DNA from: Rickettsiales bacterium | GTDB taxonomy: Bacteria; Pseudomonadota; Alphaproteobacteria; Rickettsiales; G965195355 | Reading direction: 5' to 3' | Length of the DNA stretch: 64,000 bases | Assembly (NCBI GenBank): GCA_965195355.1 | Contig: OZ239627.1 | Span: 1,880-65,879, forward strand | Shown here: positions 47,616 to 57,257 of the stretch, piece by piece | Numbering within the stretch: the first letter of the stretch is position 1 | How the letters are laid out: every line of letters begins with the position of its first letter | The notes under the pieces: generated by a model | Told to the model about the DNA's origin: nothing | Databases searched by the model: none | The model's input: the letters and a program-made list of their open reading frames with translations, nothing else | Made by a program: the position numbers and the translations under genes

Positions 47616-48112
47616 TGATTGGAAGATTGATATATAGAATAATATTCATGCTTAACGCGGCTGATGCATTAATTAGAATCTTACCTAAATTAGTATTGCT
47701 TATATTATATGTTTCTATGTCAATATCTATATTCAGAGCATTTCATGAGGGAGCACACATACTACTTACGTCACAGACCATAAATCCGTTGTACTTAATG
47801 TCATATGGAAAACATATAGCAATGTATATTTACTATCATTATGCCACTCTATCAGCGGGCATGATCATACGATTATTGATGTCTTTATTGATACCATATT
47901 TTATCATCCGATATGTCAAAATCATGTTATGGTACTGCATGACGCGGATAGATGCTATATTGCGCACATTAATAGGGTATATCTTTAGATTATTTGGAAT
48001 CAAAAGACGCAAGAAACAATATAATACTCAACATGATGAATTGATGAAGATAATAAATTCTATGGCTCAATCAAAACAACACCAATCAAAGACTGCGAAA
48101 TGGAAAAAATGA
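47615..48112 (+). CDS. Hypothetical integral membrane protein
   Basis: A 165-aa ORF with 3-4 predicted hydrophobic helices and a basic C-terminal tail. Confidence 0.5.
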   Translation: MIGRLIYRIIFMLNAADALIRILPKLVLLILYVSMSISIFRAFHEGAHILLTSQTINPLYLMSYGKHIAMYIYYHYATLSAGMIIRLLMSLLIPYFIIRYVKIMLWYCMTRIDAILRTLIGYIFRLFGIKRRKKQYNTQHDELMKIINSMAQSKQHQSKTAKWKK

Positions 48113-48119
48113 TCTTCTA

Positions 48120-49559
48120 TTATGTATTCTGTTTTTTGATATCATCCAAAGTAACAGAACCAGAGACAGCAAACGACACATCTAAAACAGAAAATATCTT
48201 CTCATATGCTTCTGTGATATCTCGATCTATGTCCTGTCGCTCTCGATACTCCAGCACCAGTGTTTTCAGGACATCAGACAGATGTTCATGAGATTCTCTA
48301 AATTCATGTCGCAGATCTATATCTAAGTACATATTTGCAAATTGATATTCAGAACTATAATGCATTAAATCTTCTATATCGCCATATTTATTCAATGCCG
48401 AATGAATTGCCTTCAAAAACAATCTATGCATATCACTATCATGAGATCTGATATCAGAAAATACGCCCTTAATTACCTTGATAGCTTTCAATTCATCCCC
48501 ATTCTTGACTCCAAGAGATCCAATCATGTATACACATTTCTTTTCAATGACAGGAAATACACTCAATCTATATGCTAATCCTCTTTTTTCTCTAATCTCT
48601 GTAGATAATACTGAATGCAAAAACATAGAACGCCCTCCTAAGGCTTCCGATATCAATTTCACTGCCACAATATTCTCTGGAATAATTCTTCCAGAAGAAT
48701 CATGAGTGAATTCATACGGCATCTTAGCACCAAAAACGATAGTAGATTCTGCAGATCCAGGAATATATCGCACAGATATATCACTTAATTCACCTTGGTC
48801 CGATGCGGAATGCGCATCATACGCAAAATTACGCACATTCTCATAGTCATGCATTTTCTTGATCTTGCCAAGATATGATCTTGTCATGGATCGCATAGCA
48901 TCATGCTTTACATCCCCATATAAAAATACAGCACCATTACTAGCTCTCATATTTGATAATAGATGCATAAAACTCTGGACATCTTGTGGTTTCACGTATT
49001 TAAGCCGATCCAAAGAGCACTCGTACTCATCTTCTCCAAGAACATTCTTGCGAAAAACACTCCTCGCAACATAAGCCGCATTGCGCTTCCTTGCCTCACA
49101 TACATTATGTAATCGCGCTATCGCATGAGATATGGCATCATCATTGACCTTAACCTTAGATAAGAAATTAGATAACTTACTAGTAAACTCCTCTATATCT
49201 TTATCAAGAGCTATAACGCTAATACTCATGTCATCAGCATCAACGCTAGCACTCATCGAAATTGCTTTCTGATACATAAAGTCACGAAATTCATGATCTT
49301 GATTTAATAATAAATCATAATTAATCAATGCATCAACAATCTCAGCAACACCACTCTTGTAAGATTCGCCAAAAATGCTGCGAGAATTCATATATCCGAA
49401 TCTACGAAAGATCAGCTTCATCCTAACCAATGAATGCGATTTTGCGTGCACCCCAGGAGCAAATATTCGCAATCTATCATTTAACATAGAACTATATGCA
49501 TCAGCGTCAGCGCACAATGACGCACACATCAATGCAATCAAATACCGCATTATCCTCAT
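48120..49559 (-). CDS. M16-family peptidase-like protein lacking the HxxEH zinc motif (non-catalytic partner)
   Basis: Has a signal peptide and the M16 C-terminal-domain pattern (ALGGRSMFLHSVLSTEIREKRGLAYRLS). No HxxEH is present. Confidence 0.72.
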   Translation of the reverse strand: MRIMRYLIALMCASLCADADAYSSMLNDRLRIFAPGVHAKSHSLVRMKLIFRRFGYMNSRSIFGESYKSGVAEIVDALINYDLLLNQDHEFRDFMYQKAISMSASVDADDMSISVIALDKDIEEFTSKLSNFLSKVKVNDDAISHAIARLHNVCEARKRNAAYVARSVFRKNVLGEDEYECSLDRLKYVKPQDVQSFMHLLSNMRASNGAVFLYGDVKHDAMRSMTRSYLGKIKKMHDYENVRNFAYDAHSASDQGELSDISVRYIPGSAESTIVFGAKMPYEFTHDSSGRIIPENIVAVKLISEALGGRSMFLHSVLSTEIREKRGLAYRLSVFPVIEKKCVYMIGSLGVKNGDELKAIKVIKGVFSDIRSHDSDMHRLFLKAIHSALNKYGDIEDLMHYSSEYQFANMYLDIDLRHEFRESHEHLSDVLKTLVLEYRERQDIDRDITEAYEKIFSVLDVSFAVSGSVTLDDIKKQNT

Positions 49560-50947
49560 TTAGATGCCTCTTTTTTCATAAGATAACCAAACACTTTTTT
49601 CTTAGACATTAAGTATTTTAACCTATCATTGACACTTTTTGTCCTAATATTATTTATATTATCAAGCTCAAGAACTTGATTGATGTTTCCATTTGATACG
49701 CGCAGTGTCTCCCATAAAAACTCTGCTTTATCTTGTGGAGAAAACGTAGAGGATAAATATCGTATCATATAAGCATTCTTACCGCGCTCAACATCTAAAT
49801 CACTCAAAATCGCATTGTGATCTGACATGCATTGCTCCACATCGGATCTCAACGATGTCAAATCTTGCTCTCGATGCATTTTATTTGCACTTATTACCAC
49901 TACCACATCTGATGATAGTTTTTCATGCGTATCATTATACTCAAAACCTACATCTCCAATATCTTTTCTTTTATTGCTAATACACTTATAAAAGTTAGAA
50001 CCATGTCCATTAAAAAATGACTCCATTGCAATTGCATAATTCTTATCAAACACACCGTGTTGACCCTTGAGAAATTTCTGAGAAGAATGAGGAATTTGTA
50101 TAAAAAGTTTACCATTTCCAACAAGAGCATGATGCAGAATCACAATTACATCAGATCGTGGCTCTACTTGATAACAACAATCGTTACCATAAGATTGATA
50201 TTTGCTTTTATTTTTCGCATACTCCTGATCTAGAACACCAGCAAACATACTACCAACAACCTGCATCACATCTTTACTATCTAAACCTCCATACACCATT
50301 ACAATCGCATTATGGGGAACATAATGACGATTATAAAAGGCTTTCATATCATCAACATTTCCAGAAGCTTCCAATTCATTATTATCTTGGATAATACCTC
50401 CTACTGGACGACCAAACGGATAGTTTGTCATGATCATTTTGCGCATCTCAAGCATCATCAGCATGTCCGGATTTGAGCCATCTCGCATATTGCTTTCTCT
50501 ATTCACAATATCACGCTCAAGTGCGATATTCTTCTTATTCAGAACGAGATTCGTCATCCTATCTCTCTCCATCTTGAAAGCACGATGCAGTTTCTTAATT
50601 TGGTTCTCTCCCGATAAAACATAATAATAATTAGTTCTCTCGGAAGATGTAGTGCCATTCGCAGCAGAAGAAAATTGCGCAATTTCCTCAGATAATGATT
50701 TATAATGCTTAGACTCTCTAAACATGAGATGCTCAAATAGATGTGCAAAACCAGATTTCCCAAATGGATCATTATTTGCACCCGTATTATACATCACACC
50801 GGCAAATGTGTATTGTGCTTTAGCATCATACACGATATACACGCGCAAACCATTATTGAATCTTGCGTATTTAAAATTATCCCTACTCAATCCGAGCGCA
50901 CTATTCACGCAACAAAACAACATTAGCAGAAAGCACCACACCTTCAT
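49556..50947 (-). CDS. M16-family zinc metallopeptidase (pitrilysin/MPP-like)
   Basis: Has a signal peptide and the inverted zinc motif HLFEHLMF (HxxEH), with a downstream E in RESK.... Confidence 0.85.
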   Translation of the reverse strand: MKVWCFLLMLFCCVNSALGLSRDNFKYARFNNGLRVYIVYDAKAQYTFAGVMYNTGANNDPFGKSGFAHLFEHLMFRESKHYKSLSEEIAQFSSAANGTTSSERTNYYYVLSGENQIKKLHRAFKMERDRMTNLVLNKKNIALERDIVNRESNMRDGSNPDMLMMLEMRKMIMTNYPFGRPVGGIIQDNNELEASGNVDDMKAFYNRHYVPHNAIVMVYGGLDSKDVMQVVGSMFAGVLDQEYAKNKSKYQSYGNDCCYQVEPRSDVIVILHHALVGNGKLFIQIPHSSQKFLKGQHGVFDKNYAIAMESFFNGHGSNFYKCISNKRKDIGDVGFEYNDTHEKLSSDVVVVISANKMHREQDLTSLRSDVEQCMSDHNAILSDLDVERGKNAYMIRYLSSTFSPQDKAEFLWETLRVSNGNINQVLELDNINNIRTKSVNDRLKYLMSKKKVFGYLMKKEASK

Positions 50948-51177
50948 ATCATGCCCAACTTAGCAGTTGGTATAGATGCGTGATGAATTCTAGATTTATG
51001 TCCAAAACCATTGTGTTTTTTCAAAGATTTAGCCTTTGGAACATGTTGCAAATCCTTAGGTATCACCAATGGACGCGTAGATCTCAAGCGACGCAATGCG
51101 CCAGGATTATATGAACTCTTGCACGAACTTATCAAAATCACAGAGCATAAAGCGCATAACAAATAACCAATCCTCAT
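50944..51177 (-). CDS. Small putative lipoprotein
   Basis: Signal peptide with a lipobox (VILISS|C). It overlaps lspA and the M16 gene by 4 nt each. Confidence 0.5.
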   Translation of the reverse strand: MRIGYLLCALCSVILISSCKSSYNPGALRRLRSTRPLVIPKDLQHVPKAKSLKKHNGFGHKSRIHHASIPTAKLGMI

Positions 51178-51659
51178 ACCTTCTCTTTTTTCTCAAACAA
51201 TGAACCGGCAATAATTGTACACGCACCAAATGAGATGGCAAGGTCAGCAATATTAAACACTGGGAAATGAACATCCATGCCTGACACATGTAGATGCAGA
51301 TCTATGAAATCTAATACAGCACCGTATCTTATCCTATCAATGATATTACCGATTGCGCCAGCTATTATGCATGTAAGTCCCAAATCCATATATAATTCCT
51401 TTGAAGAAGATAGAACATACATTAGAACAAGAACAATAAGAATCGATATAATCAGGAACATATAATTCGACATAATTGAAGATCTAAACAATCCGAAGCT
51501 TATACCACGATTCCACACTGATGTGATATTAAAAAATGATAGAATCTTGATTGGCATTTTATGTGAAAATTGCAATACACCAGACACCATTGTTTTTGTA
51601 GCTATATCGATCAAAAGCACTGCAATAGCAATGAAAAGATTTCTTATTGTTGAGCGCAT
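51174..51659 (-). CDS. lspA: Lipoprotein signal peptidase (signal peptidase II)
   Basis: Contains VWNRGISFG, GAIGN..DR and FNIADLAISFGA, with four TM segments. Confidence 0.92.
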   Translation of the reverse strand: MRSTIRNLFIAIAVLLIDIATKTMVSGVLQFSHKMPIKILSFFNITSVWNRGISFGLFRSSIMSNYMFLIISILIVLVLMYVLSSSKELYMDLGLTCIIAGAIGNIIDRIRYGAVLDFIDLHLHVSGMDVHFPVFNIADLAISFGACTIIAGSLFEKKEKV

Positions 51660-52552
51660 TTCCCAATATCCCTTTGAATTTGTCCTCGTATTTCTTCCAT
51701 GGAAGAAAATTTCCTTTCTTCTCTTATGAAGCGCAATAATTTTACATATATATGCTCTCCATATATATCCCGATCAAAAGAGAATATATGCGTCTCTAAT
51801 AACGCTCTAGTTGAATTTCCAAATGTAGGCCTAATTCCAATATTCGATATACCATCATGCCATATTCCATTAATAAGTGCACGAGATTTATAGACGCCAA
51901 ATCTAGGTAAAATTACGTCTTCTGCTTCTATGTTTGCAGTTGGGAAGCCAATCATTCTACCTCTCTTGGAGCAGGTTATCACTTCTCCACCGATAATATG
52001 ACTCCTTCCAAGAAAATGTGACACCAAATTTACATCACCGGTACTAATTAGTTCTCTTATTTTGGACGATGAACATGCAACGCCATTTACCTTAAGTATA
52101 TCTAATTGAATAACGTCGTATCCATATTCGTATCCCATTTTAATTAATAGATCTATATTACCACTACGATTCCTACCAAATTTGAAATTTGCTCCAAGAA
52201 CCAGCATCTTTATATTTAATTTTCCAACTAAAATATCTCGCACAAATTCTTCGGGAGTAATGCCACGAAATTCTTCATTGAATTTTATTACATACAAGTA
52301 ATCAATTGCACATTGTTCAATGAGTTTATACTTTTGTTCCGTATCACATATTAGCATATTCTTCTGTTTTCCTAGCGCTTCTACAGTATGAGGATCAAAT
52401 GTCACAACAACAGAATTTAAATGATGATCTCTCGCATACGCATCCACACAAGACATAATAGATTTATGACCCAAATGAATACCATCAAAATTCCCGATAG
52501 TTACAACACTCGCATCAATGCGCTCTTCAGAATCTGAATATACAATTCTCAC
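51644..52552 (-). CDS. ribF: Bifunctional riboflavin kinase / FMN adenylyltransferase
   Basis: Contains TIGNFDGIHLGH, FDPHT and G...GRMIGFPTAN, plus E.H.F.F..D.YG..I. Confidence 0.93.
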   Translation of the reverse strand: MRIVYSDSEERIDASVVTIGNFDGIHLGHKSIMSCVDAYARDHHLNSVVVTFDPHTVEALGKQKNMLICDTEQKYKLIEQCAIDYLYVIKFNEEFRGITPEEFVRDILVGKLNIKMLVLGANFKFGRNRSGNIDLLIKMGYEYGYDVIQLDILKVNGVACSSSKIRELISTGDVNLVSHFLGRSHIIGGEVITCSKRGRMIGFPTANIEAEDVILPRFGVYKSRALINGIWHDGISNIGIRPTFGNSTRALLETHIFSFDRDIYGEHIYVKLLRFIREERKFSSMEEIRGQIQRDIGKCAQQ

Positions 52553-52676
52553 AAGTATAGGACATCACACTAGGGAGTTATAGTACACGAGAATATCACA
52601 AAATTCAATATATACCAGAAGTTGACATTATTATAAAATTAGTATATTATCATTATAGATATTAATTTTTAAAGAA

Positions 52677-53093
52677 ATGGATAGTTTTGATTTTGATAAT
52701 GCAACAAAAATAACTTCTTCAATGATAAACTTCGGTAAGAACAACAATGATGATTCAATATTCATGACTCGTCTTGACCAAGTAATGAGAAATTCGCACA
52801 AGAAAACAAAATCAGAACAACATTATTCATACAATAAAGATTCATACAATAAAAAACTGACTAATTTGCAAAGTAAATTAAAAAATATACACAACGATAG
52901 ATCTGTAATTCTTAAAACACCATTCAAAGATCCAAAAGACATTCAATTTTTCTTGAATTCACTCAATACACAAATTTCAAAGACAGAGCAACAGATAGCA
53001 CAAATAGTAAAAGAGCAACAATCCAGCACCTTACAACAATCGTCTGCTCATGCCACCCTAGCTTCTCAAAATGATGATGTATTGGCGCCATAA
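52677..53093 (+). CDS. Hypothetical N/K/Q-rich protein (3' part overlaps the mraY 3' end by 131 nt)
   Basis: ORF only; the long antisense overlap with conserved mraY lowers confidence. Confidence 0.3.
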   Translation: MDSFDFDNATKITSSMINFGKNNNDDSIFMTRLDQVMRNSHKKTKSEQHYSYNKDSYNKKLTNLQSKLKNIHNDRSVILKTPFKDPKDIQFFLNSLNTQISKTEQQIAQIVKEQQSSTLQQSSAHATLASQNDDVLAP

Positions 53094-53919
53094 GAAAAAC
53101 TCGTTTGCCATTTCGGAGTTTGAATGATGCAACTTGGATTATCACCGAAAGCGCCTCTACAACAAACACCAAACCCACTAATAAAAATTCAAGCTCTGAA
53201 TGCGATATCACACTCATCACACCAAGTAATGCCCCTAATGACAAACTCCCAACATCTCCCATGAAAATCTTTGCAGGAAATGCATTAAACCATAAGAATC
53301 CTAACCCCGAACCAACAATCATTTGTGCAACACTCACCAAAGACTGGGATTTCCATCCAAAATATACCGCAGAAAGCATTATCGGTACAATAGCGAGCCC
53401 ATCCAATCCATCAGTCAGATTCACAGCATTCGATGATGCAACAATCACTACACTAGCAAAGAACAAATATACTGACCAATGCATATGAAGCACAAAATGG
53501 GTAAATGGAACCGCAATAGATGGATCATGATGAGAAAGATGCAACACATAACACACCATCATTGCACAAACAAATTGCACCAATAACTTGTATCTTACTA
53601 AAACACCAGCAACTGCACGTCGAGTCAATTTGATATAATCATCAACAAACCCAAGACCACCAAAAAGCACCACAGTAAGCAACAATGCACCAAGATACTT
53701 GGATGGAACAATGATCATGCCTAGAATGATGCTGAATAGCATCACCAAACCACCCATTGTTGGGGTACCTTGTTTGGATACTATGTGGCTTTGCGGTCCG
53801 TATTCACGAATTGGTTGACCTAAATTGAATTTCGATCGCATAAAAATAATCAACATAGGAGTGACGCCTAGTGTTATTAAGAATGAGAGAAGGCAAGTGA
53901 TATATCGCAAACTAAGCAC
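52963..53919 (-). CDS. mraY: Phospho-N-acetylmuramoyl-pentapeptide transferase
   Basis: Contains GQPIREYGPQSH..K.GTPTMGG, DDYIKL, NAVNLTDGLDGLA, GD.GSL.LG and PIHHHFE. GTG start. Confidence 0.92.
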   Translation of the reverse strand: MLSLRYITCLLSFLITLGVTPMLIIFMRSKFNLGQPIREYGPQSHIVSKQGTPTMGGLVMLFSIILGMIIVPSKYLGALLLTVVLFGGLGFVDDYIKLTRRAVAGVLVRYKLLVQFVCAMMVCYVLHLSHHDPSIAVPFTHFVLHMHWSVYLFFASVVIVASSNAVNLTDGLDGLAIVPIMLSAVYFGWKSQSLVSVAQMIVGSGLGFLWFNAFPAKIFMGDVGSLSLGALLGVMSVISHSELEFLLVGLVFVVEALSVIIQVASFKLRNGKRVFLMAPIHHHFEKLGWHEQTIVVRCWIVALLLFVLSVALSLKFVY

Positions 53920-53960
53920 CTAGAAATACTAATTTTACCCGAAGCGATTAATCAAGCAAC

Positions 53961-55232
53961 TTATGGTTTTTCTTGCTGTGCTTGTACTTTGAATGCTCTT
54001 GTGGCGCATACACCTCGAATACCATCCATGATGGCACCAGGTTTAGCATTTGCTGCTAAATTCTTTAGGATGCAATTCCTAGATTCAATTGATACAACTT
54101 CAGCATCTCCAGAACCATTTTCTCCTTTTCTGCAGATAGAGATTATTATCTTTTTATCTCCAGTTTCTACATTTGAAGACAATGCATTTGCCATCGCATC
54201 AGGAGTAGTATTAGAGACATCAATTCGCAGTGGATCCTTGATGCTAAATCCACCTCCATGATGAGCATCTGTGCATGAAGGCAATCTCAGTTCTCCATCA
54301 GCACGGAAATTCTGCACCATAACATGCTCAATAAATTCATGCCCTGATTTTTTTGCAAAATCCTCGTAATCCTCATACTGATTATATATTCTACGATGCT
54401 TCATCAACACAGATACACCAAGTAGCATAATGGATACAATACTTACAATTGTGAGAGACAGAAAAACATAGGATTTGATCTTGTCTAAACCTTCATGCGT
54501 GGTATGAAATAATTCCGCAAGCTTCTTACCTTGTGCGCATGCAACCAGCATCGCTATACAGCCAGACAATACGATCGAATAAAGAAGACCACGCTCTGCG
54601 TAGTTTATTCCTTGTGATACTCTCATCATTTTATTGATAAACTTAAGATCGCCATCTGCATCATTCTTAGTACTATCATACAATTCATCATTATCACAAG
54701 TGACTTTGACTACATATATATCCGTATTTTTTATTGCTTTTGATATGAATGATTTACTGTTAATCAAAAACATTTTGCGATCAAACGCCGCATCTTGTTC
54801 AATGTGCCCCCCTGTGAATTTGTCTGTAAAGCGATGTGATTCCTGCACAATCCTATGACCCGCATGCGATATCTTATCTCGTATGCTAGTTCCTATTTCA
54901 TGATCATCTTGTTTTGATTTTTCATATTTTGCCTTAGCATTAAGGACCATGCTACGCTTAATCAATTTACATATTATCATAACAAGCATTGATGCTACAC
55001 ATATAGCTCCAAGTACAGCTGCAACTATATCGATTCCAGATAATCCTGCAATCACAGGAGAATTACTAGTATGTTTTGATAAAGCAGTCTCTACTGGGAA
55101 CACCACAAAGCTCGATATTACGCGCTCTATCCAATAAGTAGCCATTCCTACAGCCATTATCACGCCTATGCTTCTCATGATATTAAGAGAGCGAGCAGAG
55201 ACATGATACTTCATAGTACCAGAAGCATTCAT
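53961..55232 (-). CDS. Hypothetical polytopic membrane protein
   Basis: A 423-aa ORF with several hydrophobic helices (res ~20-100 and ~215-275) and no recognisable motif. Confidence 0.55.
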   Translation of the reverse strand: MNASGTMKYHVSARSLNIMRSIGVIMAVGMATYWIERVISSFVVFPVETALSKHTSNSPVIAGLSGIDIVAAVLGAICVASMLVMIICKLIKRSMVLNAKAKYEKSKQDDHEIGTSIRDKISHAGHRIVQESHRFTDKFTGGHIEQDAAFDRKMFLINSKSFISKAIKNTDIYVVKVTCDNDELYDSTKNDADGDLKFINKMMRVSQGINYAERGLLYSIVLSGCIAMLVACAQGKKLAELFHTTHEGLDKIKSYVFLSLTIVSIVSIMLLGVSVLMKHRRIYNQYEDYEDFAKKSGHEFIEHVMVQNFRADGELRLPSCTDAHHGGGFSIKDPLRIDVSNTTPDAMANALSSNVETGDKKIIISICRKGENGSGDAEVVSIESRNCILKNLAANAKPGAIMDGIRGVCATRAFKVQAQQEKP

Positions 55233-55413
55233 ATAGACATAATTAAAAACTACGTAATTATATAATAATAATGCAGATTATATATTAAAATATATCGCGA
55301 TACAATGCACGTACGATTGCAATACTACATAATTCAGATCAAAATCATATCAGTAATTGCGCAAGTAAGATTTCTATGGTAAGAATGCGCGCTGGTATTG
55401 TGTAAATTTTATT

Positions 55414-55788
55414 ATGACAGAGCTCAAAGAACAAGAACAAATATCACTAGATGATGACAAAAATCACCAAGAAATGCAAGACAATGAATATTATCTAGTG
55501 CTTGTTTCTTCTCAAAGGGCTTATGATATTGCTGCAAATGCTGAATCCTGCTATTCAACGAAACTTGTAGATGCAGATGTTGCTGCATGCAAAGAGATCG
55601 AGAAAGGAGATCTGGATTTAGCAGAAATAGAGAACGCTATTCTCTATAGACTTCAATCAAATCCTGCATCTAATTATGTGCCATTTAAGTATTCGAAATT
55701 TAAGGAAGAACAAGAAGCAAATGGAGATTGCGGGGATGAATTCGATTATCTTGATTTAAATAATTTTGACAATGTATTTGAGCAATAA
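55414..55788 (+). CDS. rpoZ: RNA polymerase omega subunit-like protein with acidic C-terminal extension
   Basis: NEYYLVLVSSQRAYDI parallels RpoZ NRFDLVLVAARRARQ, and AACKEIEKGDL parallels ALREIEEGLI. The long acidic tail resembles the rickettsial omega proteins as I recall them. Confidence 0.55.
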   Translation: MTELKEQEQISLDDDKNHQEMQDNEYYLVLVSSQRAYDIAANAESCYSTKLVDADVAACKEIEKGDLDLAEIENAILYRLQSNPASNYVPFKYSKFKEEQEANGDCGDEFDYLDLNNFDNVFEQ

Positions 55789-55791
55789 GAT

Positions 55792-57252
55792 ATGGATCTG
55801 AAGGATTTATCTATCTGCGACACTGTTGATCTCGTATTGAAACGAGAAGTATCATGCTTAGAGATTGTTGAATCGTATCTTGAAAGACAAGATGATTGCA
55901 ATGCTACATGTGAGATCTATAGTCAAGATGCAATAAATATTGCAAAGGATCTCGATAATGGAGTGAGATCTGGCAATAGTACGCTCATTGGCGTTCCTGT
56001 TGGAATCAAGGATTTATTCTGTCACAAAGGAAAGATCACGTCCGCAGCGTCAAACATACTCAAAAATTTTACACCAAATTATGATGCAACAGTAGTAAAA
56101 AAACTCAAAAATTCAGGTGCAATACCCATCTGTAGAACTAATATGGATGAATTTGCAATGGGATCTGCAAATCTCTTCAGTAGATATGGACCAGTAATAG
56201 GACCTTGGACAAGAAGCACTGATAGTGAGAAAATGGTACCGGGTGGGTCTTCTGGTGGATCTTCGGCAGCAGTATCTGCAAGATTATGTGCAGCTGCTCT
56301 GGGAAGTGATACAGGCGGATCCATAAGACAACCCGCAGCATTCACGGGAATAGTAGGTATCAAACCAACATACGGACTTTGCTCTCGTTTCGGAATGATA
56401 TCTTTTGCTAGCTCTCTAGATCAAGCAGGAATACTCGCCAGAAATATACAAGATGCAGCCATAATGCTTCAAGTCATCTCAGGATATGATGAACTCGATG
56501 CTACGTCTTCTCATATTTCGGTGCCTGATTTTAAAAAATGCATATCAGGAGATATCAAAGGCAAAATTATTGGTATACCAAGAGAATATCGAGACTTAGG
56601 AATCTCGGATGAGATCAAACAAACCTGGGATGATGGAATCAAATGGCTACAAAATGCAGGAGCGCACATAGAAGATATCAATCTTCCTCATGCAGAGTAT
56701 GGTATATATGTATACTACGTAATAGCACCAGCAGAAGCCTCGTCTAATCTATCAAGATATGATGGCATTAGATATGGAAATAAGAAAAATCATAATACTT
56801 TGGATGAATTATATAGAAATACTCGCTCCTTGGGCATTGGAGATGAGGTCAAAAAAAGGATTATGCTTGGTGCTTATGCATTGTCCGCAGGTCATTATGA
56901 TCAATACTATAAGAAAGCTCAGAAAGTAAGAGAATTAATCAGGCGTGATTTTGAAACAGCATTCACAAAAGTCGATGCAATTCTGACACCCACTACACCT
57001 ATACCAGCATTTGCACCTAAAGATGATATAAATGACATCACTATGTACATGAACGATGTCTTGACTGTAGGAGCTAATCTTGCTGGATTGCCAGCAATCT
57101 CGGTTCCATCACATATCTCACAAAAAGAGAGACTGCCTCTGGGTTTGCAAATCATAGGAAAACATTTCGATGAGGGAAATATACTCAATATTGCTAGCGT
57201 CATAGAGAAATCCAGAAATGGTGATTTTAATCCTTATTCTTATACGCAATGA
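55792..57252 (+). CDS. gatA: Glutamyl/aspartyl-tRNA amidotransferase subunit A
   Basis: Carries the amidase signature: GVPVGIKD, NMDEFAMGS, PGGSSGGSSAAV and GSDTGGSIRQPA. Confidence 0.96.
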   Translation: MDLKDLSICDTVDLVLKREVSCLEIVESYLERQDDCNATCEIYSQDAINIAKDLDNGVRSGNSTLIGVPVGIKDLFCHKGKITSAASNILKNFTPNYDATVVKKLKNSGAIPICRTNMDEFAMGSANLFSRYGPVIGPWTRSTDSEKMVPGGSSGGSSAAVSARLCAAALGSDTGGSIRQPAAFTGIVGIKPTYGLCSRFGMISFASSLDQAGILARNIQDAAIMLQVISGYDELDATSSHISVPDFKKCISGDIKGKIIGIPREYRDLGISDEIKQTWDDGIKWLQNAGAHIEDINLPHAEYGIYVYYVIAPAEASSNLSRYDGIRYGNKKNHNTLDELYRNTRSLGIGDEVKKRIMLGAYALSAGHYDQYYKKAQKVRELIRRDFETAFTKVDAILTPTTPIPAFAPKDDINDITMYMNDVLTVGANLAGLPAISVPSHISQKERLPLGLQIIGKHFDEGNILNIASVIEKSRNGDFNPYSYTQ

Positions 57253-57257
57253 TGCTG

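Noticed and set aside
52963-53919. MraY looked N-terminally truncated (318 aa, GTG start).
   Set aside because: The first TM helix and the GQPIREYGPQSH motif are present. Only the variable extreme N-terminus is missing, and there is no upstream space (41 nt) for lost coding sequence. The gene is likely intact.
55414-55788. The ORF directly upstream of gatA could be gatC.
   Set aside because: The sequence does not fit the GatC pattern. It does match the RpoZ core (NEYYLVLVSSQRAYDI, KEIEKGDL) and has an acidic tail as in rickettsial omega subunits, so it is called rpoZ-like instead.
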